Source: Opitutaceae bacterium (lineage in GTDB: Bacteria; Verrucomicrobiota; Verrucomicrobiia; Opitutales; Opitutaceae). Taken from it: a DNA stretch of 64,000 bases. How positions within the stretch are numbered: the stretch's first letter is position 1; every line of letters starts with the position of its first letter. This document shows, piece by piece, positions 29,488 through 37,302 of the stretch. The position numbers and the translations under genes are program-made. Where the stretch lies: NCBI GenBank assembly GCA_035546595.1, contig DASZWO010000046.1:1952-65951 (forward strand). The letters run 5' to 3'. The notes under the pieces were generated by a model, which saw only the letters and a program-made list of their open reading frames with translations, did not search any database and was not told where the DNA came from.

Positions 29488-30294
29488 TTAATTAAGCGCT
29501 CGCCGCACGATTGGCACTAACGCAGTCAGGGAAGTCGCTAAGAAAAGACGATCTCGTTCCACGTAGTTAGTGGTGACACCGGCCAACCGATAGTTTGGAT
29601 GTTCTCCTGAAAATACGGGCCCGCCGCTCATTCCATGAGGATCGGCATCAAAGTTAATGGGCCCACCCGCCAAAGATGTTTCTCGAAGAAAGCCGTGGGG
29701 CAATTCACCCGCTGGAACCACGGGGAGGTTGAATACAATGGGTTGGAGTACGATTTGGGCTCCTTCTGCCATTTGATGCAGCGGCCGATTCTGGATATTG
29801 TTGGGCGCTTGTCCTGGATACCCACAAAATCGGAGCCGAGGTCCTACCGGTTGGGCATGGCAATCGGCTTCAACGATTGGCCAATAGCCTTGACCATCTC
29901 TCGCGATGTTTTCGGCCAATTCGCGGCCAAGCCTCAGTACAGCGAGGTCCACGAAGTCATCCGCTCTAGACCCACCGTCCGGAATGGAGGTTTTCGAAAA
30001 GCGATCTGGAACAGCGTGCACTTCATTTTTTTGAGGAAGCAGTACAGCAATTCCTTCAGGTGCGTCATCGACCACGTGAGCGGCGGTCACCAAAACCGGA
30101 TGTTCGTTGAAGAGCAGCAGAAATCCAGTGCCGTGGTGCCGGTAAGGTCCTTCCGGATTGCGGGGCGTAAGTTTGTATATCGGAATGTAGCAGTCAGGGG
30201 GCGGAACCTGTGCATTTCCGGCCAAGATAAGGCTACTCCGAGGTTTGTGATCCTCTATGCAAGAAACCGATGCGCGGCCAGCCTTAGACCGCAA
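29488..30294 (-). CDS. Trypsin-like (S1/Trypsin_2) serine protease without signal peptide
   Basis: Catalytic triad contexts VLVTAAHVV (His), DLAVLRL (Asp), HGMSGGPVF (Ser). No ATG lies upstream of the His motif. The TTG at 30294 overlaps the upstream gene by 11 nt. Confidence 0.75.
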   Translation of the reverse strand: MRSKAGRASVSCIEDHKPRSSLILAGNAQVPPPDCYIPIYKLTPRNPEGPYRHHGTGFLLLFNEHPVLVTAAHVVDDAPEGIAVLLPQKNEVHAVPDRFSKTSIPDGGSRADDFVDLAVLRLGRELAENIARDGQGYWPIVEADCHAQPVGPRLRFCGYPGQAPNNIQNRPLHQMAEGAQIVLQPIVFNLPVVPAGELPHGFLRETSLAGGPINFDADPHGMSGGPVFSGEHPNYRLAGVTTNYVERDRLFLATSLTALVPIVRRALN

Positions 30295-30523
30295 TGGCGC
30301 GGACGCTCAATACCTCGTCGTCCCTGAGCGCCTCGACGGCTTTCGCCGCAACGGCGACCACGGCAAGAGTCTGTCCTTTTGCCCCGAGGACTTCGGCTGA
30401 GTATCCTTCTTCGCCGTCGGGGGCCACATGATGCTCCACCAACCGCAGCAAGTCGCCGCGACGAAGCCGATATTCCGGCAGATCGCGGGCGAGAGCTACA
30501 TCAGTGTACAGAGGGAACGTCAT
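30284..30523 (-). CDS. DUF4926-like small protein
   Basis: 79 aa. The pattern VALARDLPEYRLRRGDLLRLVEHH...YSAEVLGAKGQTLAVVAV fits my recollection of DUF4926. The ATG overlaps the upstream stop (ATGA at 30523-30520). Confidence 0.65.
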   Translation of the reverse strand: MTFPLYTDVALARDLPEYRLRRGDLLRLVEHHVAPDGEEGYSAEVLGAKGQTLAVVAVAAKAVEALRDDEVLSVRAIAV

Positions 30524-30855
30524 TTGGTGAGGACTTCGACCGGAATCAAGGTTATGAACTTCGTCGCTCCTGACAAGTGTTCCGTCATCCAGATAGTCCT
30601 GACCCGCAGCCTCATGCCGCTGGGGCCGCTTAACACCCCTGGAACTTCGAAATACCGGCCGAACTTGTTTTCATCGACGAGCTGCGCGTCGTTTTCGTCC
30701 CTGACCGCGACCAGGGCTTCGATCAAAGCGTCGGGATTGGCAAGGCCGAAGCCGGCTAGCTCCAGGAACGCCGACTTGTCGCTTCGGCTTTGGCGGACAA
30801 GCAGGTACTGGGTAATCTTTTCCCGAGCGATGGTCGCTGATTTCGGCAATCTCAT
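30520..30855 (-). CDS. DUF6883-like small protein
   Basis: The ATG at 30855 (MRLPKSATIAREKITQYLL...) overlaps the stop of the upstream gene (ATGA). C-terminus reads RVRTIWMTEHLSGATKFITLIP. The family call is by recollection. Confidence 0.6.
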   Translation of the reverse strand: MRLPKSATIAREKITQYLLVRQSRSDKSAFLELAGFGLANPDALIEALVAVRDENDAQLVDENKFGRYFEVPGVLSGPSGMRLRVRTIWMTEHLSGATKFITLIPVEVLTK

Positions 30856-31304
30856 TGCAAGCCCCCTGCTACGGGCTCTCGGATTGGGTAGGCACGGAGA
30901 ATGGCGCCTAGGCACGCGATGAGATTGGGCAGATACGACTGGTCCGAGCTGAATTGAAACTCGTGCCGCTCCGAAAGATGCTCGCCTGTGATTGAAACCT
31001 TGCAGTCGAAATGTCCGGTCCGCGGATTCCGTCCGTCAAATTCGACGGCGAGATTCGGCTCTATCGTGGGGAGTTCGACCTTGCCCTCCAACGTCCGCTG
31101 AAATTCCTCAACTGCTTTTTTCCATCGGCAAAGTTCTCCGAGATGAAGAAAGTTGCCTTGGATTCTAACCACCGAGCCTTCGCCGATGCACTCGGCCGTC
31201 GCCCGTAACCAATTGCCGTCCCAGTAGTCGCCAGCGTCGGGAAACTGGCGGCCATGCACCCAAATCCGCAGCGGCCCGAACGCGATTGACGGTTCTTCGT
31301 CCAT
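30852..31304 (-). CDS. WapI-like immunity-family protein
   Basis: ATG at 31304 (MDEEPSIAFGPLRIWVHGRQFPDAGDYWDGNWL...). The F-x-L-x-I-x-V-x-G-x-Q-F-P...D-x-NWL pattern and the later IEPNLAVEF match my recollection of the WapI family. Confidence 0.55.
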   Translation of the reverse strand: MDEEPSIAFGPLRIWVHGRQFPDAGDYWDGNWLRATAECIGEGSVVRIQGNFLHLGELCRWKKAVEEFQRTLEGKVELPTIEPNLAVEFDGRNPRTGHFDCKVSITGEHLSERHEFQFSSDQSYLPNLIACLGAILRAYPIREPVAGGLQ

Positions 31305-31311
31305 GGCGGCG

Positions 31312-31710
31312 CTACACGGATTGAGTACGACCAAACTCGGAATACGGGAAAAGCTGGCCCGGGGCGGGAATACGGGCCGGAATTTCAAGGCCGTCAACGC
31401 TCCAGATTTCCAATTCCACGAGGCGTCCGGATTGCGCAAAACAAATCGCGCCGCAGAGATGTCCGGCGTCAGTGTGCCACAAGAAGTCGGCTACCGGCTC
31501 GACCCCGAGCTTAGGGTCCCTTTTGTGACCGTCGACCTGAAGGCACACGGTTGCGCATCCGCAACCGCATCTTCCCGTAACGTGCGCCCGTTCAATTTGG
31601 GGAACCATGGCTTCGGCGCCGGGCGTACCGTGAGAAAGCAGCCAATGCAGAAGCTGGGTCTCCTCTGGCGTTAGAGGACGATCTTCCGGAATTATGCCCC
31701 TGTGCTCCAT
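31312..31710 (-). CDS. Small protein with CGCGC motif, DUF6984-like (immunity-like)
   Basis: ATG at 31710 (MEHRGIIPEDRPLTPEETQLLHWLL...GRCGCGCATV...GRLVELEIWSVDG). The upstream part of track ORF 31312..32088 overlaps the integrase out of frame and is rejected. Confidence 0.55.
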   Translation of the reverse strand: MEHRGIIPEDRPLTPEETQLLHWLLSHGTPGAEAMVPQIERAHVTGRCGCGCATVCLQVDGHKRDPKLGVEPVADFLWHTDAGHLCGAICFAQSGRLVELEIWSVDGLEIPARIPAPGQLFPYSEFGRTQSV

Positions 31711-31738
31711 TGGTTCTCCGCTTCCCAAGTAGAGCGGG

Positions 31739-32896
31739 TCAACCAATGCTTGGCAATTTATTGAGAGCCTTCCTCTTGGCCTTCGCCTCCACGTGGGTGT
31801 AATGGCGGCTGATTGCCGTGCTGTCGTGACCGATGATGTCCATGGCCACCGACTCGGGTACACCGGCGTTTTTGAGAAGGCTGGTCGCTGTGTGGCGGAG
31901 CGAATGGAAGGAGATTTCGCTGACGGGGCGGCGGTTTGAATGCCCCACGCCGGTTTCGGCCTTCGTCCTGGGATCGGCCATGCCGGCAGCGACCAAGATG
32001 CCGTGGAATTGCTGGGACAATCGGCTGTCGCTGCCTTCTTTGCTCGCGATGGCGTGAGCCTCCGGGAAGAGCGGGGCCGAGGCATCATCGCCGGCAGGCG
32101 TCGATTGGAGATGGGCGAGGAGGGGAGCGGCGAGCGGAATCACCATGCGGCGCCCGGTCTTGGCGGTGACGAAGCGCAGTTCCTCACTCTCGATGTCGAT
32201 GTTGTCCCAAGTGAGACGGGCGATGTCCTTGAGGCGCTGACCCGTGTAAAGGCCGAAAAGGATGATGCCTCTCCATTCGCCGGACGCGTGAGCCAGGATG
32301 GTCTTGAGTTCCTTCACCGTGAACGGGCGGCGAGCGGAGCGGTCCGCCTCGCGGCGCTTCAAGATGTCGAGCTTCGCTGCCGCGTTGTCCTGGGCGAGGC
32401 CGTCCTTGTAGGCGGCGCCGAGGGCCACGCGGAGGTATTTCAGCGACTTGTTCGCAGTCGCAACGGATGTTCGCTTGTGGACCTCATCCCGGTACTTGGC
32501 GATGTCGGCCTTCGTGAGTTGCGAAATGTCGATGGACGCACGTTCACCGAGCGACTTCAGGAAATCTCGGGTGACTTGGGTGTACGCCTGGTACGTCCGC
32601 AACGACGTGTCGGCCTTTCGCTTCTCCGCCCAATCCGCCAGGAATTGCTTCGCAGTCGCCGAGCGCAGCGGCTCGTTCGTGACCGCCGCATAAATGTCTG
32701 AGAGGACGCGACGGGCCTGGGCTTCGCCCAATCGCTTCTCAGCGGCGAGCCGGGCAGCCTTCTCCCACTCGTTGGCAACAAGCTGAGCCTTCTTCCGCTG
32801 GCTCTGTTTAGTCGAGCGCTGAACGCGCCGGCCGTCAGGCGCGGTGTAGCCGGCGAACCAGTAGGGCGAGCGCGGAAATTTGCGAAGAAAGGCCAT
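31739..32896 (-). CDS. int: Tyrosine-type site-specific integrase
   Basis: Catalytic contexts LYTGQRLKD (Arg), FHSLRHT (His-x-x-Arg), IGHDS...HYTH (His/Tyr). N-terminal SAM-like domain. Lies 100 bp from attR. Confidence 0.9.
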   Translation of the reverse strand: MAFLRKFPRSPYWFAGYTAPDGRRVQRSTKQSQRKKAQLVANEWEKAARLAAEKRLGEAQARRVLSDIYAAVTNEPLRSATAKQFLADWAEKRKADTSLRTYQAYTQVTRDFLKSLGERASIDISQLTKADIAKYRDEVHKRTSVATANKSLKYLRVALGAAYKDGLAQDNAAAKLDILKRREADRSARRPFTVKELKTILAHASGEWRGIILFGLYTGQRLKDIARLTWDNIDIESEELRFVTAKTGRRMVIPLAAPLLAHLQSTPAGDDASAPLFPEAHAIASKEGSDSRLSQQFHGILVAAGMADPRTKAETGVGHSNRRPVSEISFHSLRHTATSLLKNAGVPESVAMDIIGHDSTAISRHYTHVEAKAKRKALNKLPSIG

Positions 32897-32901
32897 GATT
32901 C

Positions 32902-32923
32902 AGTCTCAGCAAAAGTCTCAGCA
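32902..32923 (+). repeat. Two direct copies of AGTCTCAGCA (candidate arm-type sites, attR side / int promoter region)
   Basis: AGTCTCAGCA at 32902-32911 and 32914-32923, immediately upstream of the int start codon (32896). Confidence 0.6.
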
Positions 32924-32997
32924 TCGACCCTTGTTTTTTGATGTCGTTCCTTGTCATTTCCCTCTGATGGAGACATCTATGAACGTCAAAACCCGAA

Positions 32998-33028
32998 TCA
33001 CTGGTTCGAGTCCAGTAGCGTCCACCAT
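32998..33028 (+). repeat. attR core: orphan 31-bp copy of the tRNA-Val 3' end
   Basis: Identical to 24124..24154. No tRNA 5' half lies upstream of it. Confidence 0.9.
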
Positions 33029-33030
33029 CG

Positions 33031-33513
33031 TCAGTCGGACCCAAGGACCGGATCCGAGGCGGGATAGGGGACGGCGCGGATCCGCGCCAGGGTCGCGGCC
33101 TCGGCCGGGGAGCGGCAGGTATCCCATTCCTGCCCGGCGGGATAGCCCCCGATGACCAGAAAATCCTGACTAGCGGACAGGCGGCAATGCCCCGTGCCCG
33201 CGGGAAGGACGGCGACGTCGCCAGGGTGGACGGCGGTTTCGTGGCCGCCTTCGCCGCCAAAGACCAGCCGGGCGGTGCCGGCGGCGAAACCGAGCACCTC
33301 ATGCGCGGTGGAATGATAGTGGTGAAAGGGATAGACGCCGTCGCGCCACTGCGGCGGCCATCCGTTCCGGCGGAAAAGCTCCTCCAGGCGCGCCGCCAGA
33401 TCTCCCGGCCCCGCCGGGTCCACGGCGCGCCGGTAGATCAGCAGGGGGTGCTGGCCGTTGTTGGGGACCCAGCCCCGCGGCTTCAGCACCAGGCGCTCGC
33501 ATTCGATGGGCAT
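33031..33513 (-). CDS. Cupin-domain protein (YjlB-like)
   Basis: ATG at 33513 (MPIECERLVLKPRGWVPNN...). Motifs HHYHSTAHEVLG and GDVAVLPAGTGH. The stop lies 2 nt from attR. Confidence 0.7.
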   Translation of the reverse strand: MPIECERLVLKPRGWVPNNGQHPLLIYRRAVDPAGPGDLAARLEELFRRNGWPPQWRDGVYPFHHYHSTAHEVLGFAAGTARLVFGGEGGHETAVHPGDVAVLPAGTGHCRLSASQDFLVIGGYPAGQEWDTCRSPAEAATLARIRAVPYPASDPVLGSD

Positions 33514-33562
33514 CCGCCCAGCGAATGCAGAGGCGGGCCGGCCGCAACCGGCGCCGGAGCGC

Positions 33563-35260
33563 TCAGAGCGACTGGTTGTCCGCCCGCGCCACCTGCCGGT
33601 CCGGGATGCTGGAAGAGTCGCCGACGGAAAAGTCCGCGACCTGCCGCAGGACAAAGAACGGCGCCCCGCCGGGGCGGGGGGCCTTCACGTCCTTGAATTC
33701 GGCGCCGGCGACATCGTCGAGGACGACGACCGGCCGGGTGTCGTCCTTTTCCAGGCTCCACTTGATGTCTCGGAACGCGAGGTCCCTGGCATGCCGGACA
33801 TAGAGGCCCCACGCCGGCAGCACCCCGAACATGGAGGGTTCGGGATACGCGGCCACCTGCTCCGGCGGAAGGTAGGGATTGCGCGGATCGGCCGCGCCGG
33901 GGCCGCGGAGGAAGAAGCGGTTGACGAGCGCGGCCGGCTGCCGGGCCGCGTCCTCGAGCGAGAGGCCCCCGCGCGAGCTGATGCGGATGTCGCTCAGCCG
34001 GACATCCTCGACGGGATGGCCGGGAATGCCGGCAATGATGATGGGGAAGCGGCCGTCCACCCCGGTGGCGACGATGTGGCTGATGCTCACCCCGCGGATC
34101 GTGCCGACCGCCCCGCCCGGCCCATGGGCCCGGTTGCCGACCCGCAGGAAGATGGCCGCATTGGAGGCATTCCGCATGGCGATGTTGGTGATGGTGACGT
34201 TCTCGATCGTGCCGCCGTCCACCGCCTCCAGCGCCAGGCCCCGGCTGCGGTCAAAGACGCAGTTGGAGATCGTGATGTTCTTGAAGCCGCCGGCCGATCC
34301 GGTGCCGAACTTGATCCGGCCGGTGGGCCCGTCGCGGTCCGGGGCCAGCGGCTGCGCCGTCCGGTAGGTGCCATCGAAGACCGAGCCGGTATCGTAGCCG
34401 CTGACCACGCAGCCGGTGATGGTGATGTTTTCGCAGGCGCGGAGCGGGGAGCCGAGCGAGTCCGGCGACTTCAGGCAGATCCCGTCGTCGTTCAGGGCGT
34501 TGACCAGGCAGTTGGACACCCGGACGTTGCGGCAGCAGTCGATGTCGAAGCCGTCGCGGTTGGTGTCCACCTTGACGTTGTCGATGGTGAAATTGCTGAC
34601 GCCGAGGGCATCCATCGCGCTCCAGCCGCCCTGGCGGATCCAGAAGTCGCGCAGGAGCACGTCGCGGCAGTTGACCAGCCCGATTGACTTGTTGCCGCCG
34701 CGGCCGGGGAGCGTCACGCCCGCGCTGGCGATTTCCAGCGGCCGGACGGAGGAGCGCGCCGAGGTCTTGTCCGGCCCGCCTCCCTCCCCGCCGTTGGAGC
34801 GCGGCAGGCCCTTGCCGTAGATGACGCCGGGGCCGGTGATGGCGACGTCCTCCAGGCTGTCGCCCCAGATCAGCGCGTTGTGGAAGCTCCCGCCGATGCC
34901 GGAGCCGCCGGAGCGGTTCGGCTCGGCCTCGTCGTAGTGCCCGAATCCGGGGGCTTCCGCCGCCGCCTCGATCACCGAGCCCGGGTCGAGGTGCAGCCAG
35001 ACGTGGCTCTTGAGCCGGATGGAGAAGCTCAGGTAGGTGCCGGGCGGGAATTCAACGGTCCCGCCGCCCGCCGCGGCCGCCGCCTCGATGGTCCGGTTGA
35101 TCGCATCGGTGTCCAGGGTCTTGCCGTCGCCGGTGGCGCCGAAGGCCCGCACGTCGTACTGCCGGCCGGGGTTGGGGGCCGGGGGCGGCGTCTGGGCGGG
35201 GAGGGCGGCTCCGGCGGCAAGCGCCAGGGAGGAGAGGGCGAGGAGGCGGGGAAGGGGCAT
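33563..35260 (-). CDS. Glycoside hydrolase family 28 (polygalacturonase/rhamnogalacturonase-like), secreted
   Basis: Signal peptide. YDVRAFGATGDGKTLDTDAINRTI N-terminus. GH28 active-site motifs NRDGFDID, NDDGICLKS and RIKFG. Confidence 0.85.
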   Translation of the reverse strand: MPLPRLLALSSLALAAGAALPAQTPPPAPNPGRQYDVRAFGATGDGKTLDTDAINRTIEAAAAAGGGTVEFPPGTYLSFSIRLKSHVWLHLDPGSVIEAAAEAPGFGHYDEAEPNRSGGSGIGGSFHNALIWGDSLEDVAITGPGVIYGKGLPRSNGGEGGGPDKTSARSSVRPLEIASAGVTLPGRGGNKSIGLVNCRDVLLRDFWIRQGGWSAMDALGVSNFTIDNVKVDTNRDGFDIDCCRNVRVSNCLVNALNDDGICLKSPDSLGSPLRACENITITGCVVSGYDTGSVFDGTYRTAQPLAPDRDGPTGRIKFGTGSAGGFKNITISNCVFDRSRGLALEAVDGGTIENVTITNIAMRNASNAAIFLRVGNRAHGPGGAVGTIRGVSISHIVATGVDGRFPIIIAGIPGHPVEDVRLSDIRISSRGGLSLEDAARQPAALVNRFFLRGPGAADPRNPYLPPEQVAAYPEPSMFGVLPAWGLYVRHARDLAFRDIKWSLEKDDTRPVVVLDDVAGAEFKDVKAPRPGGAPFFVLRQVADFSVGDSSSIPDRQVARADNQSL

Positions 35261-35413
35261 GGAGTGGCGGGGTCACAGGATTGACGCACCGCCGGCATCA
35301 GGGGATGCGGCGGAGGGCGCCGGATTCGCGGGTGGTCCGGTGGGCTCGGAGCCGGAGCGCCTTCGGAGCTTGCGGCCGGCCGCCCGGGCCCGATTTAAAG
35401 GACGCCCTTCCCC

Positions 35414-36181
35414 ATGAACCCCCTCCGGACCCTGCGCGTGTTCCTTCTGTTCCCGATGCTCGCCGGCCTCGCCATCGGCCAGACCGTGGCTCCGGGCGCG
35501 GCGGCGGCCCGGCCCCTCTGGCCGGCCGACGGCGTCTTTCCGGGCAAGGGCAAGGTTTCGTCCTGGACCGGCTTCAAGGCCCGCGATCTCGATCGGCGGA
35601 CTTTCTTTGCCGGCCGGCGGGCCTTCGATCAGGACGGGGTCGTCTTTGTCGGGGATTCCATCACGGAGGGTTGGAGCAGCCTGGAGCAGGACTGGGCCGG
35701 CCTGGGCGTGAAGGTCGTCAACCGCGGCATCGGCGGCGACACGACGCCCAATCTGCTCTACCGGCTGGAGGAGGACGTGCTCTCGCTGCATCCGAGGGCC
35801 CTGGTGATCCTGATCGGGACCAATGACCTTGGGGAGCACACCCCGCCGGCGGACATCGCGGACAACCTCAAAACGATGCTGGCCCGGATCCGCGCTGAAT
35901 GCCCCACGATCCCGATCGCATGGTGCCTGGTCATGCCCCGGACCGGCAACGACGCCTTCCCGGCCCGGATCCATGAGCTCAACGGGCGCATCCGGCAGCT
36001 CGCCGCGGGCGATCCCCGGATCATCCTTTGCGACACCTTCACCCCGTTCGCGCTGCCCGACGGGACCTCGAAAGCCCAGGATTTCAAGCCCGACCATCTC
36101 CACCCCAATCCCGCCGGCTACGCGGTGTGGCGCCGGGTGATCGCTCCGGTCCTTTTCGGCTGGAGGCTCGGGGTGCGCTAG
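35414..36181 (+). CDS. SGNH/GDSL hydrolase (carbohydrate esterase-like), secreted
   Basis: Signal peptide. Blocks FVGDSITEGW, GIGGDTT, LIGTNDL, DHLHPN. Confidence 0.8.
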   Translation: MNPLRTLRVFLLFPMLAGLAIGQTVAPGAAAARPLWPADGVFPGKGKVSSWTGFKARDLDRRTFFAGRRAFDQDGVVFVGDSITEGWSSLEQDWAGLGVKVVNRGIGGDTTPNLLYRLEEDVLSLHPRALVILIGTNDLGEHTPPADIADNLKTMLARIRAECPTIPIAWCLVMPRTGNDAFPARIHELNGRIRQLAAGDPRIILCDTFTPFALPDGTSKAQDFKPDHLHPNPAGYAVWRRVIAPVLFGWRLGVR

Positions 36182-36203
36182 CTCCCGCGGCGCCCCGCGC
36201 CCG

Positions 36204-37295
36204 TCAGGCGCGGCCGCCGGCCGGCGCGGCTCCGCGCGGCTCCGCCACCGAGGCGCGGGTGACCAATTCGACGGGAAAGACCACGGACTTGTCGGTCGAG
36301 CCCGCGGTGGTTCCGGGCTGGGTGATGCGGGTGAGCAGGATCTCCACCGCCCGGCCCCCCATCGCGCGCAGGGGCTGGCGCACGGTGGTGAGCTGCGGCA
36401 CGCAGATCCGGGCCGCGATGGAGTCGTCGAAGCCGGCGACGGAGACGTCCTCCGGCACGCGCAGGCCGACCTCGGCCAGGGCCTCGATGCAGCCGATCGC
36501 CACCCCGTCGTTGACGCAGAAGATCGCTTCGGGAAGTTCGCCCTTGCCGTGCCGCCGGAGCCAATGGCGCATGGCGTCCCGGCCCTCCGACGCGTGGAAA
36601 CCCGCGGACACGACCAGGGCCGGGCCGGCGGAGCGCTGGTTGGCCAGCGCCCGCTCGTAGCCGCGGATGCGGCGGGCCGGCCCGAGGAGCCCGTCGGGCC
36701 CGGCCAGGTGCATGATCCGCCGATGGCCCAGTCCGAGCAGCCGGCGGGTCATCTCGTAGGCGCCGCGCTCCTCGTCGCTCTCGATATTGAGCACCCCGGG
36801 AAGCGGGACGTTGGCGTGGATCGACACGAAGGGGGTGTGGGCGGGAAGCGCGACGTGGTCCTCGCGGAAGGCCGGAGCGAGGAGGATGAGGCCGTCGATG
36901 CGGCCGTCGCAGAAGCGGTGCAGCCGCTCCGGATCCCGCGCCCAGTCGTGCAGCGAGAAGACCGTGGCATTCTGGTCGTGGCGGGCGGCGGCCTCGAGGA
37001 TGCCGTTGAAGACCTCGAGGAAATAGTGGTTGAGCTCGCCGCCCTCGATCACGGCCGCCACGCCGATCGTCTGCATGCGCCGGTTGGCGAGGGCCCGGGC
37101 GGCGGCGTTGGGCCGGTAGGACAGCTTGCTCGCCGCCTCGCGGATGCGCTCGCGCGTCTCGGGCGCGATGCGCGAGGAGGTCCGGGCGCCGTTCAGGACC
37201 GCGGAAACGGCCATCGCGGAAACGCCGGCCATGCGCCCGACGTCGGCGAGCGTGGCGGCCCGGATCAGCTTGGTTTTTTTCGGGCCGCGGGGCAT
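36204..37295 (-). CDS. LacI-family transcriptional regulator
   Basis: N-terminal HTH ATLADVGRMAGVSAMAVSAVLNG plus a periplasmic-binding-protein-like sugar-binding domain. Lies 7 nt downstream of the GH31 gene on the same strand. Confidence 0.9.
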   Translation of the reverse strand: MPRGPKKTKLIRAATLADVGRMAGVSAMAVSAVLNGARTSSRIAPETRERIREAASKLSYRPNAAARALANRRMQTIGVAAVIEGGELNHYFLEVFNGILEAAARHDQNATVFSLHDWARDPERLHRFCDGRIDGLILLAPAFREDHVALPAHTPFVSIHANVPLPGVLNIESDEERGAYEMTRRLLGLGHRRIMHLAGPDGLLGPARRIRGYERALANQRSAGPALVVSAGFHASEGRDAMRHWLRRHGKGELPEAIFCVNDGVAIGCIEALAEVGLRVPEDVSVAGFDDSIAARICVPQLTTVRQPLRAMGGRAVEILLTRITQPGTTAGSTDKSVVFPVELVTRASVAEPRGAAPAGGRA

Positions 37296-37302
37296 GGAGG
37301 GA

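Larger units (their letters stand above)
24124..33028. mobile_element. Integrative mobilizable element (about 8.9 kb) inserted at the 3' end of tRNA-Val
   Basis: Bounded by a perfect 31-bp direct repeat. All 12 genes are on the minus strand. G+C is visibly lower than in the flanks. Encodes a tyrosine integrase, a Xis-like protein and a MOBF relaxase, with no T4SS or coupling protein. Confidence 0.85.

Noticed and set aside
31711-32088. Upstream extension of track ORF 31312..32088
   Set aside because: It overlaps the 3' end of the integrase gene in another frame. The internal ATG at 31710 gives a compact 132-aa protein that fits the operon spacing.
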